Source of the DNA: Candidatus Eiseniibacteriota bacterium
GTDB taxonomy: Bacteria > Eisenbacteria > RBG-16-71-46 > CAZAMP01
Reading direction: 5' to 3'
DNA length: 64,000 nucleotides
Assembly: GCA_965224245.1 (NCBI GenBank)
Contig: OZ245046.1
Coordinates: 5,536,001 to 5,600,000 of the forward strand
Shown here: positions 25,116-34,400 of the stretch, piece after piece
How positions within the stretch are numbered: the stretch's first letter is position 1
Layout: each line of letters begins with the position of its first letter
Notes under the pieces: model-generated
The model's database searches: none
What the model was told of the DNA's origin: nothing
Seen by the model: only the letters and a program-made list of their open reading frames with translations
Program-made: the position numbers and the translations under genes

Positions 25116-28037
25116 TCAGTCTGCGGCACCGGCATCATCCCCGGCGCCGGAACCGGTGTCGAACGCGATCTCCAGGGTGCGGATCTGGTGCGGTCCGAAC
25201 CCGAGCGCGATCTCGCACGGCCCCGAGCCGAGCCGGATCTCGTCGATCCGGTCCTCGAGGATCGTCGTGTTCCAGGCGCGGCGAACGGGTCGGCTCGTCC
25301 GGAGCACGGCCGTGGTCTCGGCGCCGGTCAGGTTGTAGGCCCGCACGACGAGCGTGGCGCGCCGCTGATGCAGCTTGATCGCCGAGACCGCCACCGCTTC
25401 CGACTCCAGCGCGATCGGACCCTCGGCGCCCGGAGCCGATCCATCCGCGACGCCCTGGATCGACAGTGGCGCGACGTGATGTCGGCGGGCCTGTCGATGT
25501 ACGCCGGCACCGATCGCGTCGCCCGAGAACGGCATCAGCGCATACTCGAACGTATGCGACCCGAGGCACTGGGCTCCGGGCGTGTGCACGGTGGGCCCGG
25601 CGTTCCGGAACCGTCGCGTGGGGAAGTCGTCTCGCGAGAGCCATTCCACCGCGCGCAGAAGCGTGACCCGTAGCGCGACCCCGCCGTCCTCGGGCGTGGC
25701 CTCGCACTCGGGAAGCCCGCGATTGAACACGGCCAGTCCGCCGTCCCCGTCCGCCACGATCGAGTACGCGCGCTGAGGAACCGTCGTCGGTGGCGGCTGG
25801 ACCCAGTCCTCGCCGTCGGGCGTCCGGATGGATCGTTCGTTGACGAGAAAGTGGCCGTCGGACGAGACGGTCTCGGTGTGGCACGGCGTCGGAAACACCG
25901 CTCGGAGACGATGATCCCGCGCGCGGTTCTCGACCGTCGTGCGCACGCGAACGAACGGAGACACCGCGTCCAGCGTCAGCTCGACGGTCACCGGGCATCG
26001 TACGCGGTCGGACGCCCGCCCGCGGCGATCGGGCGTGATCGCCGCGGGCAGGTCGAGGTCGAAGGTGGTGGCCAGCGTGACCGCGAGGGGCGACACCGAG
26101 CGCTCGCACACGGTGCCGGGCGTGTCGCACGAATCAACCGTCTCGGATCGCTCGGCCGGCGAGTAGTCGTACTCGTCCCCGACGTCCTCGGTGTCCTCGA
26201 GCCGGTTCAGTCCCGGGTAGGCACGTCCACTCTCGACGTGAACGAGATCGACACGGCCGTCCGGCCGGAGCGTCGCGCGACACCATCGGTTGGAGACGGT
26301 CGCCCCGGAATGCACCACCGGCGTCACGTCGTCCGGTCCGCCGGCCGGCTCCGTGGTGCCCGGTGTGTCGTGTCCCGAGGCGGTCGGAGCGGCCTCGGTC
26401 TCGCCGTCGGCAGCGGTCCGAAGCGCGTAGAGTCGGTGTCCGGTGGGGGGGAGATCCCGGGCCAGGAACTCGATCGTTAGGAACGTGTCGGCGTCTCGAC
26501 TCGCGTCGTCGACGAGGATGCGCTCGCCGAAGTGGGTGAGGTACGTGTCGAACCGGCGTTCTCCGTCGCCGCCGTGCAAGAGCGTGCGGTAGTCGATCCC
26601 CCAGAACCGCTCCACGGCGCGCCGGGCCACGACGACCACCGGCACCGGCCGGTCGTCCTCGTCGACGAGCCGCACGTCACCGGCGCCGAGCCCCGGCGGC
26701 CCGAGGACGACGAGACGTCGCACCACGGCCGAACGACGCTCCGGGAGCGTGTTCGCCACCAGGATCCGGGTGTCGGCATCGTCCGCCTCCCGCCGAGCGA
26801 ACGTCGGGGTCAGATGCGTCAGCACCCGCCGGGTGAGCGTCTCCGCGGTGTCGATCGCATGCCGGAACCGCGGGATCATGTCCTCGTGCACCTCGTCGAC
26901 CGAGCAGCCGCAGATCGAATCGTGCGGATGGTTACGAAGCAGCGCGCGCCACGCCGCGTCGACGAGGCCTCGCGACCGATCGACGACGAGGCCCAGCGAC
27001 GGGTCGAGGACGGCCGACGACCAGGCGTGGCAGAGGAGTGGCTCCAGTCGGTCGCCGAGCCAGGTCTCGGCGTGGTCGTTGAGCTGCTTGAGCGGCATGC
27101 GCGACGACCATACCCCCGAGAGGATCGGATGACGCTTGCCTCCACGCAGCTCACCGACGAACGTCCGACCCCGCGGCGTCTCCAGGGCGTCGACGAACGC
27201 TCGTAGCGACCGGTGCCGGAACTCGACCTCGGGGAATGCCGCGGTGAGCGCATCGCGAATCGCCCCGAGGTCCCGCTGCGGGGGGAAGTGGTCGCATCCG
27301 TTGCTGATGAGGACGACGTCACGGTTCGATCCCGACGCGAGCTCGCCGAGCAGCCGCCCCACCGTCTCGACGGCACGGCTCGGGCTTACCTCGCGCCGGG
27401 TGTGCGCGTGCCAGATCTCGGCGAGGCCGAGTCCGCCACCGTTGCAGTAGCCGCCCCGCTGGTGCACGGCGAGAACGGTGTCGCCGTTCGGGGCCGCCCA
27501 CGTGTAGACGTCACCCAGCGCGTCGATCTCGTCGCCGTCGCCTCGCGTGTACACGAACGAGTCGATGCCGGCCGAGCGCAGGAGCTGCGGCATCTGGGCC
27601 ACGTGCCCGAAGGAGTCGGGCATGTAGCCCACGGTCTGCACCGGTCCCAGGTGTGCGACGCACTCGCGCCCGAAGAGGAGGTTCCGGACGTGCGACTCGC
27701 CGCCGATCAGGAACGCGTCGGGAAGCACGTAGAACGGCCCCACCGAGAGCGAGCCCGACGACACGTGGCGCCGGACGCGATCGGTCAGCTCGGGCGCGAT
27801 CTCGAGCACGTCCTCGAGCACGATCGACTGTCCGTCCAGAAGAAAGTGCTCGAACGCCGGATCGTGATCGAGGCGATCCAGCACCTCGGTGACCACGTCG
27901 ATCAGGCGGGCGCGAAACGCCGGGAACGTGTTGTACCACTCGCGATCCCAGTGCGTGTGCGAGACGATGAACGCCACGCGCACCGGCGGCGACGCGGTGT
28001 CCGGACGCGTGGCGTCGGCCGTGCGCTCCTCAGACAT
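25116..28037 (-). CDS. GH38 alpha-mannosidase (no signal peptide, cytoplasmic)
   Basis: HTHWDREWY, LDGQ, YMPDSFGH nucleophile motif, HPHDSICGCS, DVGDEY, RDHRLR, TLLR. Confidence 0.93.
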   Translation of the reverse strand: MSEERTADATRPDTASPPVRVAFIVSHTHWDREWYNTFPAFRARLIDVVTEVLDRLDHDPAFEHFLLDGQSIVLEDVLEIAPELTDRVRRHVSSGSLSVGPFYVLPDAFLIGGESHVRNLLFGRECVAHLGPVQTVGYMPDSFGHVAQMPQLLRSAGIDSFVYTRGDGDEIDALGDVYTWAAPNGDTVLAVHQRGGYCNGGGLGLAEIWHAHTRREVSPSRAVETVGRLLGELASGSNRDVVLISNGCDHFPPQRDLGAIRDALTAAFPEVEFRHRSLRAFVDALETPRGRTFVGELRGGKRHPILSGVWSSRMPLKQLNDHAETWLGDRLEPLLCHAWSSAVLDPSLGLVVDRSRGLVDAAWRALLRNHPHDSICGCSVDEVHEDMIPRFRHAIDTAETLTRRVLTHLTPTFARREADDADTRILVANTLPERRSAVVRRLVVLGPPGLGAGDVRLVDEDDRPVPVVVVARRAVERFWGIDYRTLLHGGDGERRFDTYLTHFGERILVDDASRDADTFLTIEFLARDLPPTGHRLYALRTAADGETEAAPTASGHDTPGTTEPAGGPDDVTPVVHSGATVSNRWCRATLRPDGRVDLVHVESGRAYPGLNRLEDTEDVGDEYDYSPAERSETVDSCDTPGTVCERSVSPLAVTLATTFDLDLPAAITPDRRGRASDRVRCPVTVELTLDAVSPFVRVRTTVENRARDHRLRAVFPTPCHTETVSSDGHFLVNERSIRTPDGEDWVQPPPTTVPQRAYSIVADGDGGLAVFNRGLPECEATPEDGGVALRVTLLRAVEWLSRDDFPTRRFRNAGPTVHTPGAQCLGSHTFEYALMPFSGDAIGAGVHRQARRHHVAPLSIQGVADGSAPGAEGPIALESEAVAVSAIKLHQRRATLVVRAYNLTGAETTAVLRTSRPVRRAWNTTILEDRIDEIRLGSGPCEIALGFGPHQIRTLEIAFDTGSGAGDDAGAAD

Positions 28038-29058
28038 CGTGCGTACGCGTCCCGGTGGGCCCGTCCGTTTCGGGACGACAGCACTCTAGGAGCTCGCCCA
28101 CCGTCGTGGACGCGAGTCCGACAACGGTGTCGGCGGCGCCGTAGTAGACGTGGACGGCCGTATCGGGTCCCGCGACCGTCGGTGCGGGCTCACCGAGCTC
28201 TCCGAGCACGATGCCCGACGGAAACACGACGTTCGGCACCTGGCCGGTCTGCTCGTACGGCTCGCGCGGCTCGAGGACGTTCAGCGCGCTTCGCCCGAGC
28301 ACCCGGGTGGGATCCTCGAGATCCAGGAGGACCGCGCCGGCCTGGTAGAGATCGCCGCCGGCCGCGTGGGTGGCCACGCCGTGATAGACGACGAGCCATC
28401 CGGCGACGGTGCGCACGGGCGGAGGTCCGGGCCCCACGCGCTCGTCCCAGGAGCGCGGCCGCCCCGAGAACACGGGGATGTCCCGGCTCCAGGTGATCAG
28501 GTCCTCGGAGCTCGTCGCCATCACCGTCGTCCCCGACGTCGTTGCGCCGACGGCGACGTCGTTGGGGCGATGGAGTCGCCACCAGAGCCCTCCGATGCGC
28601 TCGGGGAACACGACCGCGTTCCGGGTGTCGGCGTCCGGGGTGACGGTCACGACGTCGAACGTCTCGAGCCGGCTCGATCTCAGGATCCCCAGTCGACACC
28701 CGTCCGAGGTGTCGATCGCGACCGTGACGACGTACTCGGCGGGCTCGCCGGTCTCGCCCTCGATGCGTGTGACCCGCGCATCGTAGACGTGGTGGATCGG
28801 TCCGCTCACGTGATCGGCGAGGGCGCCGAGGTCCCACGGCCGGGACGCGAGCGTGATCGTCACGCCGTCGCGGCTGGTCGCGGGCCACAGAGCGGTGTGC
28901 CGACCCCGACCCTGAACGCGCACGACCAGCCCCACGCCGGTCCCCAGGCGTGCGACGCCGGGATTGAAGACCGCGCTGACGTCGGTGAACAGGGGCCCGT
29001 GCTCGGGTACGTCGTGCCGGGTGAGCACCGGGTTCGTCGGGTGGCGGCGTAGGCCCAT
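28030..29058 (-). CDS. GH130 beta-mannoside phosphorylase/glycosidase
   Basis: HPTNPVL, VFNPG, YDARVT, RNAVVFPE, LHRP, YHGV, EPYE..GQVPNVVF, YYGAADT. Confidence 0.9.
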   Translation of the reverse strand: MGLRRHPTNPVLTRHDVPEHGPLFTDVSAVFNPGVARLGTGVGLVVRVQGRGRHTALWPATSRDGVTITLASRPWDLGALADHVSGPIHHVYDARVTRIEGETGEPAEYVVTVAIDTSDGCRLGILRSSRLETFDVVTVTPDADTRNAVVFPERIGGLWWRLHRPNDVAVGATTSGTTVMATSSEDLITWSRDIPVFSGRPRSWDERVGPGPPPVRTVAGWLVVYHGVATHAAGGDLYQAGAVLLDLEDPTRVLGRSALNVLEPREPYEQTGQVPNVVFPSGIVLGELGEPAPTVAGPDTAVHVYYGAADTVVGLASTTVGELLECCRPETDGPTGTRTHDV

Positions 29059-29062
29059 CGCG

Positions 29063-30127
29063 TCAGTCTCTCCAGCCGACGAGGTAGCCCGAGAGCCGCC
29101 AGTAGCCGTGACCACGATCGTCCTCGGGGCGGATGTCCAGGACCGTCGCCGACACGCGATGCGGTCCCGGCGTGAGCCACGGGGTCAGATCGATCTCGGT
29201 GGGCGGAACCCGGTCGCTGGGACACCAGCCGCTGCGGCTGTAGTCGGACGACCAGGAGCCGTCGGACCAGCGCCGGCAGTACGGGTTCACCTCCCGGAAC
29301 TGTCGGCAGTCGTCGCGCCAGGGCTGAAAGCGGTGCACCTCGTGGCCGTCGAGGAAGACGACGTTGTCCTTGGGCACGAACTCGTCGGAGCCCCGACCGT
29401 CGGTGCAATGTCCCGACGCGAGGTAGTGAAGGTGGATGCGACCTGCCCCCGGCGGCACGTCGACGAGCGCTTCCGGGGCGCCCTCGGCTGCCGACGCCGC
29501 GGTCAATGACGGCACGAACAGTACCGGCACGACCCACAGAGGGGCGACGTCCTCGGAGACGGGATCGAACCGCAAGCTGAGATCCATGCGCCACGCGGGC
29601 GACACCCAGGTGTCGATCCAGCCGGCGAACGTGACCTCCCCGGTCAGAAGCGGCGCGAGCGCCGTCACGTCCACGTCGTACGCCGACGGGCCGCCATAGG
29701 CGGTCATGAACTTGACGACCTCCACGTCGGCGCCGTCACGTACCAGACGCACGTGTCCGGCGCGATCCCACCTGTCCCACACGGACTGCTCATCTCTGGG
29801 GATCGGGTGAACCGCGACCTCCGCGGTGATCCTGACCGGATGATCGAACGCCGGGAGCGTCACCGTGCGTCGAACCTCACGCCCGTTGTCGGTCCCCACG
29901 ACCCGCGCCGTGTCGTAGCGGGTGGGATCGTCGGGTGTGAAGTGAATGTCGTCGTCGTGGAACACGTGCACGGTGACCGGATCGTACGGCCGGTGCGTTC
30001 GCACGTCCGCCGGCGGACCCCCGTCGGCATCGGCCGCGTCGGCCGCCGATGCCGGACTCCACGACGCAACGAAGACGAGGGCTCCTCCGAGCATCATGCT
30101 CGATCCCGGCGTTCGCACGATCATCAC
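29063..30127 (-). CDS. Secreted peptide-N-glycosidase F (PNGase F)-like amidase
   Basis: WDRWDRAG, FMTAYG, IDTW, SGH..GSDEF, WR.DC..NP, SRSGWCP; N-terminal signal peptide. Confidence 0.85.
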   Translation of the reverse strand: MMIVRTPGSSMMLGGALVFVASWSPASAADAADADGGPPADVRTHRPYDPVTVHVFHDDDIHFTPDDPTRYDTARVVGTDNGREVRRTVTLPAFDHPVRITAEVAVHPIPRDEQSVWDRWDRAGHVRLVRDGADVEVVKFMTAYGGPSAYDVDVTALAPLLTGEVTFAGWIDTWVSPAWRMDLSLRFDPVSEDVAPLWVVPVLFVPSLTAASAAEGAPEALVDVPPGAGRIHLHYLASGHCTDGRGSDEFVPKDNVVFLDGHEVHRFQPWRDDCRQFREVNPYCRRWSDGSWSSDYSRSGWCPSDRVPPTEIDLTPWLTPGPHRVSATVLDIRPEDDRGHGYWRLSGYLVGWRD

Positions 30128-30145
30128 TCCGATGTCCGAGTTGTC

Positions 30146-32062
30146 TCAGCGCTTCTGGACCCAGCCGTCGTCGCCGTGGTCGCGGGCGCTGCCGGTGAGG
30201 GTGCGCCGGAGCGACACCACGTTCCGGACGCCTCCCCAGGTGAACCAGACGATGACGCCCACGGACGCGATCAGGTGCACGATCGTGTAGATCCGCCAGA
30301 ACCGCACCCAGCTCGCGTCGGGAACGTCGTGCGACAGATTGTACGCGGTGCCCCAGAAGAACACGACGCTCCATCCGATGATCCAGAGCGCCGTCCCCAC
30401 GTAGACGACGCGATCGCCCCGCGAGAACTCACGTCCCATGCCGAGGGCCCGCCATGGGCCGGAGCCCGCTCGAGACGGCGTGGCCACCGTGCCGGCCTCC
30501 GACCGGTAGAGCAGGCGATCCAGATCGACCGCCGGTCGCCGATCGAGGAGCGAGACGATCACGTACACGACCGACGCGCCCAGCATCGCCAGCCCCCAGA
30601 ACCACTGGCCGTTGATCGGGAAGTCCGCCACGAGCTGATGCACGACGATGCCGCCCACCGCAATCACCGATCCCGTGCTCATGGCGGCCCAGGCCGCCGC
30701 GGTCGTGCCGCGTCGCCAGTAGAGGCCTCCGATGATCACGGCGCCCGAGCCCCCGGCGAAGATCGCGCCGGTGACGGCGAAGAAGAGGAAAATGTACTGA
30801 CTCTGGCGGAAGACGAGGCTGAACACGAACGCGAAGACGGCCACGCCCACGATCGCGGTCCGCAGGAGGCGCAGGTGCTGGCTCGGTGTCAGCGGCTTGC
30901 GCCGTAGCGGCATCACGACGTCCTGGATGAAGATGCTGCCCCACGAGTGGAGGTACGTGTCGTGCGTGCTGATGAACGCGGCGAGCATGACGGCCGCCAC
31001 CGCGCCCATGAGACCCGGGGGCAGCAGCGTCGTGAGCACCAGCGGAACACGGAGCTGACTTCGGATCGGCTCGCTCTCGACCGCGTCGAGGATTCCGTTC
31101 ACGACGACCGCGTTGGCCGTGAAGTCGCGCTGGTGCAGGACGGCGTAGGCGATGACCGGCACGATGACGAGCATCAGGTTCTGCGGCACCACGCGCCAGT
31201 TGGCGAGGATGCCGCCCATCTTGGACTCGTGCGCGCTGGATGCGGACGCATTGTAGGCCTGAGTTCCCTGCCACGACATCTTGTTGTAGATCACGCCGAA
31301 GACCCCGATCAGGAAGTAGGCGAAGTTGAAGTCGGCGACGTGACGGGTCCGAAACGGATTGATCAGCGATGCGTTCTCGGGCGCCGCGGCGACTCCCTCG
31401 ACGAGCTGCGCCCACTCGACCCGGGACAGGAGATACGCGACGAGCACGACCATGACCACGTTCACGAACGTACCCTGAAGGAAGTCGGCCACGATCACCG
31501 CCACCTGTCCGCCCATGAAGACGAACCACAGGGCGATCGAGAGGAGCACCGCCATGGTCAGGACGAAGCTCGAGACCTCGATCGGTCCGAGCGTGACGGT
31601 CTCGGGAAGGCCGCAGAAGGTGATGAAGAACCGCGCGCCCACGGCCGGGAAGATGCCGAAGTTGACCAGGCCCGCGCCGAATGCGATCGACCCCGCGAAG
31701 ACCCGGAACCGGCGGCTGTAGCGCCGCTCGAAGAACTCGGCCAGCGTGAGGCAGCGCGTCTGGCGGAAGCGGTAGATCACCCAGCCCGAGAGCGAGATCA
31801 GCAGGAGCACGAGGTTCGTGCTCAGTCCCCACCACATCATCGAGAAGCCGGACGCGTAGTACATCTCGAAGAATCCGACGACCGAGATCGCCCCCAGACC
31901 GGCCGCGCCCTCGGAGACGCTCACGAGATAGCGACCCGCGCCGCGACCGGCCGCCAGGAAGTCGGCGACGCTCCGCATCTGGCCCCGGCTCATCAGCACG
32001 CTGGCGGCCATGGCCGCGAGGACGACCGCGATCACGCACCAGTCGATCGGTGCCAGCGTCAT
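30146..32062 (-). CDS. Sodium:solute symporter (SSS family)
   Basis: DFLAAGR, R.RQTR.LTLAEFFERRY, MLAAFIST, GGLYWRRGT; many TM helices. Confidence 0.92.
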   Translation of the reverse strand: MTLAPIDWCVIAVVLAAMAASVLMSRGQMRSVADFLAAGRGAGRYLVSVSEGAAGLGAISVVGFFEMYYASGFSMMWWGLSTNLVLLLISLSGWVIYRFRQTRCLTLAEFFERRYSRRFRVFAGSIAFGAGLVNFGIFPAVGARFFITFCGLPETVTLGPIEVSSFVLTMAVLLSIALWFVFMGGQVAVIVADFLQGTFVNVVMVVLVAYLLSRVEWAQLVEGVAAAPENASLINPFRTRHVADFNFAYFLIGVFGVIYNKMSWQGTQAYNASASSAHESKMGGILANWRVVPQNLMLVIVPVIAYAVLHQRDFTANAVVVNGILDAVESEPIRSQLRVPLVLTTLLPPGLMGAVAAVMLAAFISTHDTYLHSWGSIFIQDVVMPLRRKPLTPSQHLRLLRTAIVGVAVFAFVFSLVFRQSQYIFLFFAVTGAIFAGGSGAVIIGGLYWRRGTTAAAWAAMSTGSVIAVGGIVVHQLVADFPINGQWFWGLAMLGASVVYVIVSLLDRRPAVDLDRLLYRSEAGTVATPSRAGSGPWRALGMGREFSRGDRVVYVGTALWIIGWSVVFFWGTAYNLSHDVPDASWVRFWRIYTIVHLIASVGVIVWFTWGGVRNVVSLRRTLTGSARDHGDDGWVQKR

Positions 32063-33195
32063 CGATCCGGCTCGGTCCAGAGGCGGCCGTCCTCGAGGAT
32101 GGTGGCGGCTCCCCCCGGGATCTCCAGCCGGCACTCGAAGCCGAGCGGGGTCGCGGTCAGGGCCGGTGGCCACGGAACACCGGGCACCGGTGGGGCACTC
32201 AGGCCGAGCGCGTCGACGTCCCCAGCCCAGTGACCCTCGCGCGACCGGAATGTGCGCTGCGCGTAGTAGACGCGGCTCAGCGCCGCGCGGACCGCGGCAT
32301 GCGGGTCGGGGGCGGCCGTCGCGTCGGGCGGCGCGCCGGGCGGGGCGAACTCGACGATGCCCCACATCTCCGGGTAGTGCATGTTCACCAGACCCTGGGG
32401 TGACCAGACCCAGTTGTCCTCGGGCAACGGATCACCGCTCTCCGGATCGACCTGCTTGCGGTATCCGCCGCCGGCAACGTCGAGGCGCCACTGAACCCGT
32501 GAGAAGTTCAGGCGCCACTGATCCCCGGCGGTCGGCGGTGACGATCGGCCCGCGCACTCCCGCAGAATCGCCCAGGGGAAGGCGATCTCGATCGACCAGC
32601 CCTCGTCGACGTCGGTGGGATCGTTGAGCGTTCCGTCGACGTGAACGGCGCTGGCCAGCCCGGCGATGTCCCACGCGTGCACGGCCGGTCCGCCGTCCCG
32701 GTAGGGCTTCACGATCAGGAGATCCCACTCGGTGCCCAGCGCGTTCACCTCGAGCTCGTAGTACGCGTGCGTGTCCCCGTCGGGATCGATGAACACCTCG
32801 AAGTCGTTGTCGTGGAAGATCACCGCGTCGCGCTCGGTCAGGGTGGCCCACACGTGGGGCTCCTCCATGACCGCGGCGACGTACAGGTGCTCGTCGTCCC
32901 ACAGGAGCTTGGCCCGCGTGCGGTGCCGCGGGGCCGCGTACGCGTCACCGCGGATGTCCACGAAGTCCGCCGTCCAGGGGGCGCGGCCCCATCCGTCGTC
33001 GGTCAGGCGTCCGTCGACGACGATGGCATCGGTCGTGCGACGGCAGAGGTACGACCGGGGCGCCTGGGCGATCTCGGGAGCCGGAAACTCGGCCGCCGCC
33101 GGCGCGGAGGCAGCCCCGGCCGCGAGCATCGACACGGCCGCGCCGACACCACCGACGAGGTTCCGGCGCGCGTGAGCCGGCGGGCGCGTGCTCAT
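32059..33195 (-). CDS. Carbohydrate-binding family 9-like secreted protein
   Basis: DGRL.D..W..APWT..FVDI.G, WDD..LY, DNDFEVFIDP, YYELEVNA, WRLNFSRVQW, NWVWSPQG..NMH.PE.WG; signal peptide with RRNLV (possible Tat). Confidence 0.88.
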   Translation of the reverse strand: MSTRPPAHARRNLVGGVGAAVSMLAAGAASAPAAAEFPAPEIAQAPRSYLCRRTTDAIVVDGRLTDDGWGRAPWTADFVDIRGDAYAAPRHRTRAKLLWDDEHLYVAAVMEEPHVWATLTERDAVIFHDNDFEVFIDPDGDTHAYYELEVNALGTEWDLLIVKPYRDGGPAVHAWDIAGLASAVHVDGTLNDPTDVDEGWSIEIAFPWAILRECAGRSSPPTAGDQWRLNFSRVQWRLDVAGGGYRKQVDPESGDPLPEDNWVWSPQGLVNMHYPEMWGIVEFAPPGAPPDATAAPDPHAAVRAALSRVYYAQRTFRSREGHWAGDVDALGLSAPPVPGVPWPPALTATPLGFECRLEIPGGAATILEDGRLWTEPDR

Positions 33196-33800
33196 GCAGC
33201 GTCCCGCCGATCGGACTCCGGCCGCCGGCGCCACGGCCAGTACACCAGACCGAAGAGCACGAATGGAACGAACGCCTGCGTGACGTCGGTCAACGACGCG
33301 GTGATGCGAAGCGCACGGGGAACGTGGCCGCGATTCTCGTAGGCGGCCACGTAGCACGCCATGAGGGTCGCCAGCAGCACGTGGAACGCGATCAGGAGCC
33401 CGACGCCGAGGGGAACGCGCCAGAGCCCGGGGCGTCCCAGGATGTTGGATCGCGTCTGGGGGACCGCGAGGCCGGCCACGAGCAGCGCGACGAACACGGG
33501 GTAGATCAGCTTCGCGGTCTTCTCCAGCACGGTCAGCGTGGGCTTGCGGACGTTGTTCTCGAGCACCAGAATCGGGCCCGCGGTGTCGTCGTCGGTGATC
33601 CAGACGACGTCGGGGCTGACCGACTCGATCTGCTTCGCCACCAGAGGGGCGATCGTGCCGTAGTAGGCCGGGGACACCCGCGACCACCCGATCCCCAGAA
33701 GAAGCGATGCGACCAGGAACACCCCCATGGCGACCACCACGGTCCCGGGTGTCGGCGCCGTGACGGCATTTCCAGGCTCTTCGGAAGCGACCGTCGGCAC
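33192..33800 (-). CDS. Membrane protein, probable exosortase H-associated membrane protein
   Basis: About 4 TM helices with exosortase-like spacing (TM, periplasmic loop, AVP, FHV, VPFVLF..YW) but no catalytic Cys/Arg; next to the exosortase; GAGGGGG RBS. Confidence 0.6.
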   Translation of the reverse strand: MPTVASEEPGNAVTAPTPGTVVVAMGVFLVASLLLGIGWSRVSPAYYGTIAPLVAKQIESVSPDVVWITDDDTAGPILVLENNVRKPTLTVLEKTAKLIYPVFVALLVAGLAVPQTRSNILGRPGLWRVPLGVGLLIAFHVLLATLMACYVAAYENRGHVPRALRITASLTDVTQAFVPFVLFGLVYWPWRRRPESDRRDAA

Positions 33801-33905
33801 GCACCCCCCTCAGGGTTGCTCGATCGAGGACCACTTGGATACCATTGTGGCATCTCCGGTGGCGCTCTGCCAGGGAGCGTCGCGATCACATCAGGGGGAC
33901 GTCGC

Positions 33906-34400
33906 ATGCACGCCGCACGCTGGGCTTTCGCGCTGCTTCTGGGTCTGGTGCTGTCGGTGGGCACGGCATCGCTCACCCGCGCGGCCGATGCCTACATCGG
34001 CGTCACCGGGACCGCGTCGGAAGACGGCATCGTCGAGATCGTGATCGAGGACAACACGTCACCGCTCGCCGCGGTCTACACCGTCACGGTCGAGGTGATG
34101 GCCGGTGACACCTCCGATCAGACCGCGCAGAACATCGTCACTCGATCTCGCGACACGTTGCCGGAGACGTTCGACCCTCGGCGCGACGACAGCTGCGTGA
34201 CGATCCGGGGACCCTTCATCGACATCCAGGTCCTCGACGGCGTCATCGGACAGCGAGTGGAGCTGATCGAGACTCCGTGCCCGGCCAGCGTCACGCGCTC
34301 GGCACCCTCGATGGGCTCGATCGCGATCGCCATGGTGGCGGCGGCGCTTCTCGTGGTCGGGGTCGGCGCCCGGTCACGTCGTCGCGCGCGTCCGGCGTGA
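33906..34400 (+). CDS. Secreted protein with tripartite C-terminal sorting signal (IPTL-CTERM-like), candidate exosortase substrate
   Basis: Signal peptide MHAARWAFALLLGLVLSVGTASLTRA; C-terminus APSMGS + IAIAMVAAALLVVGVGA + RSRRRARPA; AGGGGG RBS. Confidence 0.8.
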   Translation: MHAARWAFALLLGLVLSVGTASLTRAADAYIGVTGTASEDGIVEIVIEDNTSPLAAVYTVTVEVMAGDTSDQTAQNIVTRSRDTLPETFDPRRDDSCVTIRGPFIDIQVLDGVIGQRVELIETPCPASVTRSAPSMGSIAIAMVAAALLVVGVGARSRRRARPA

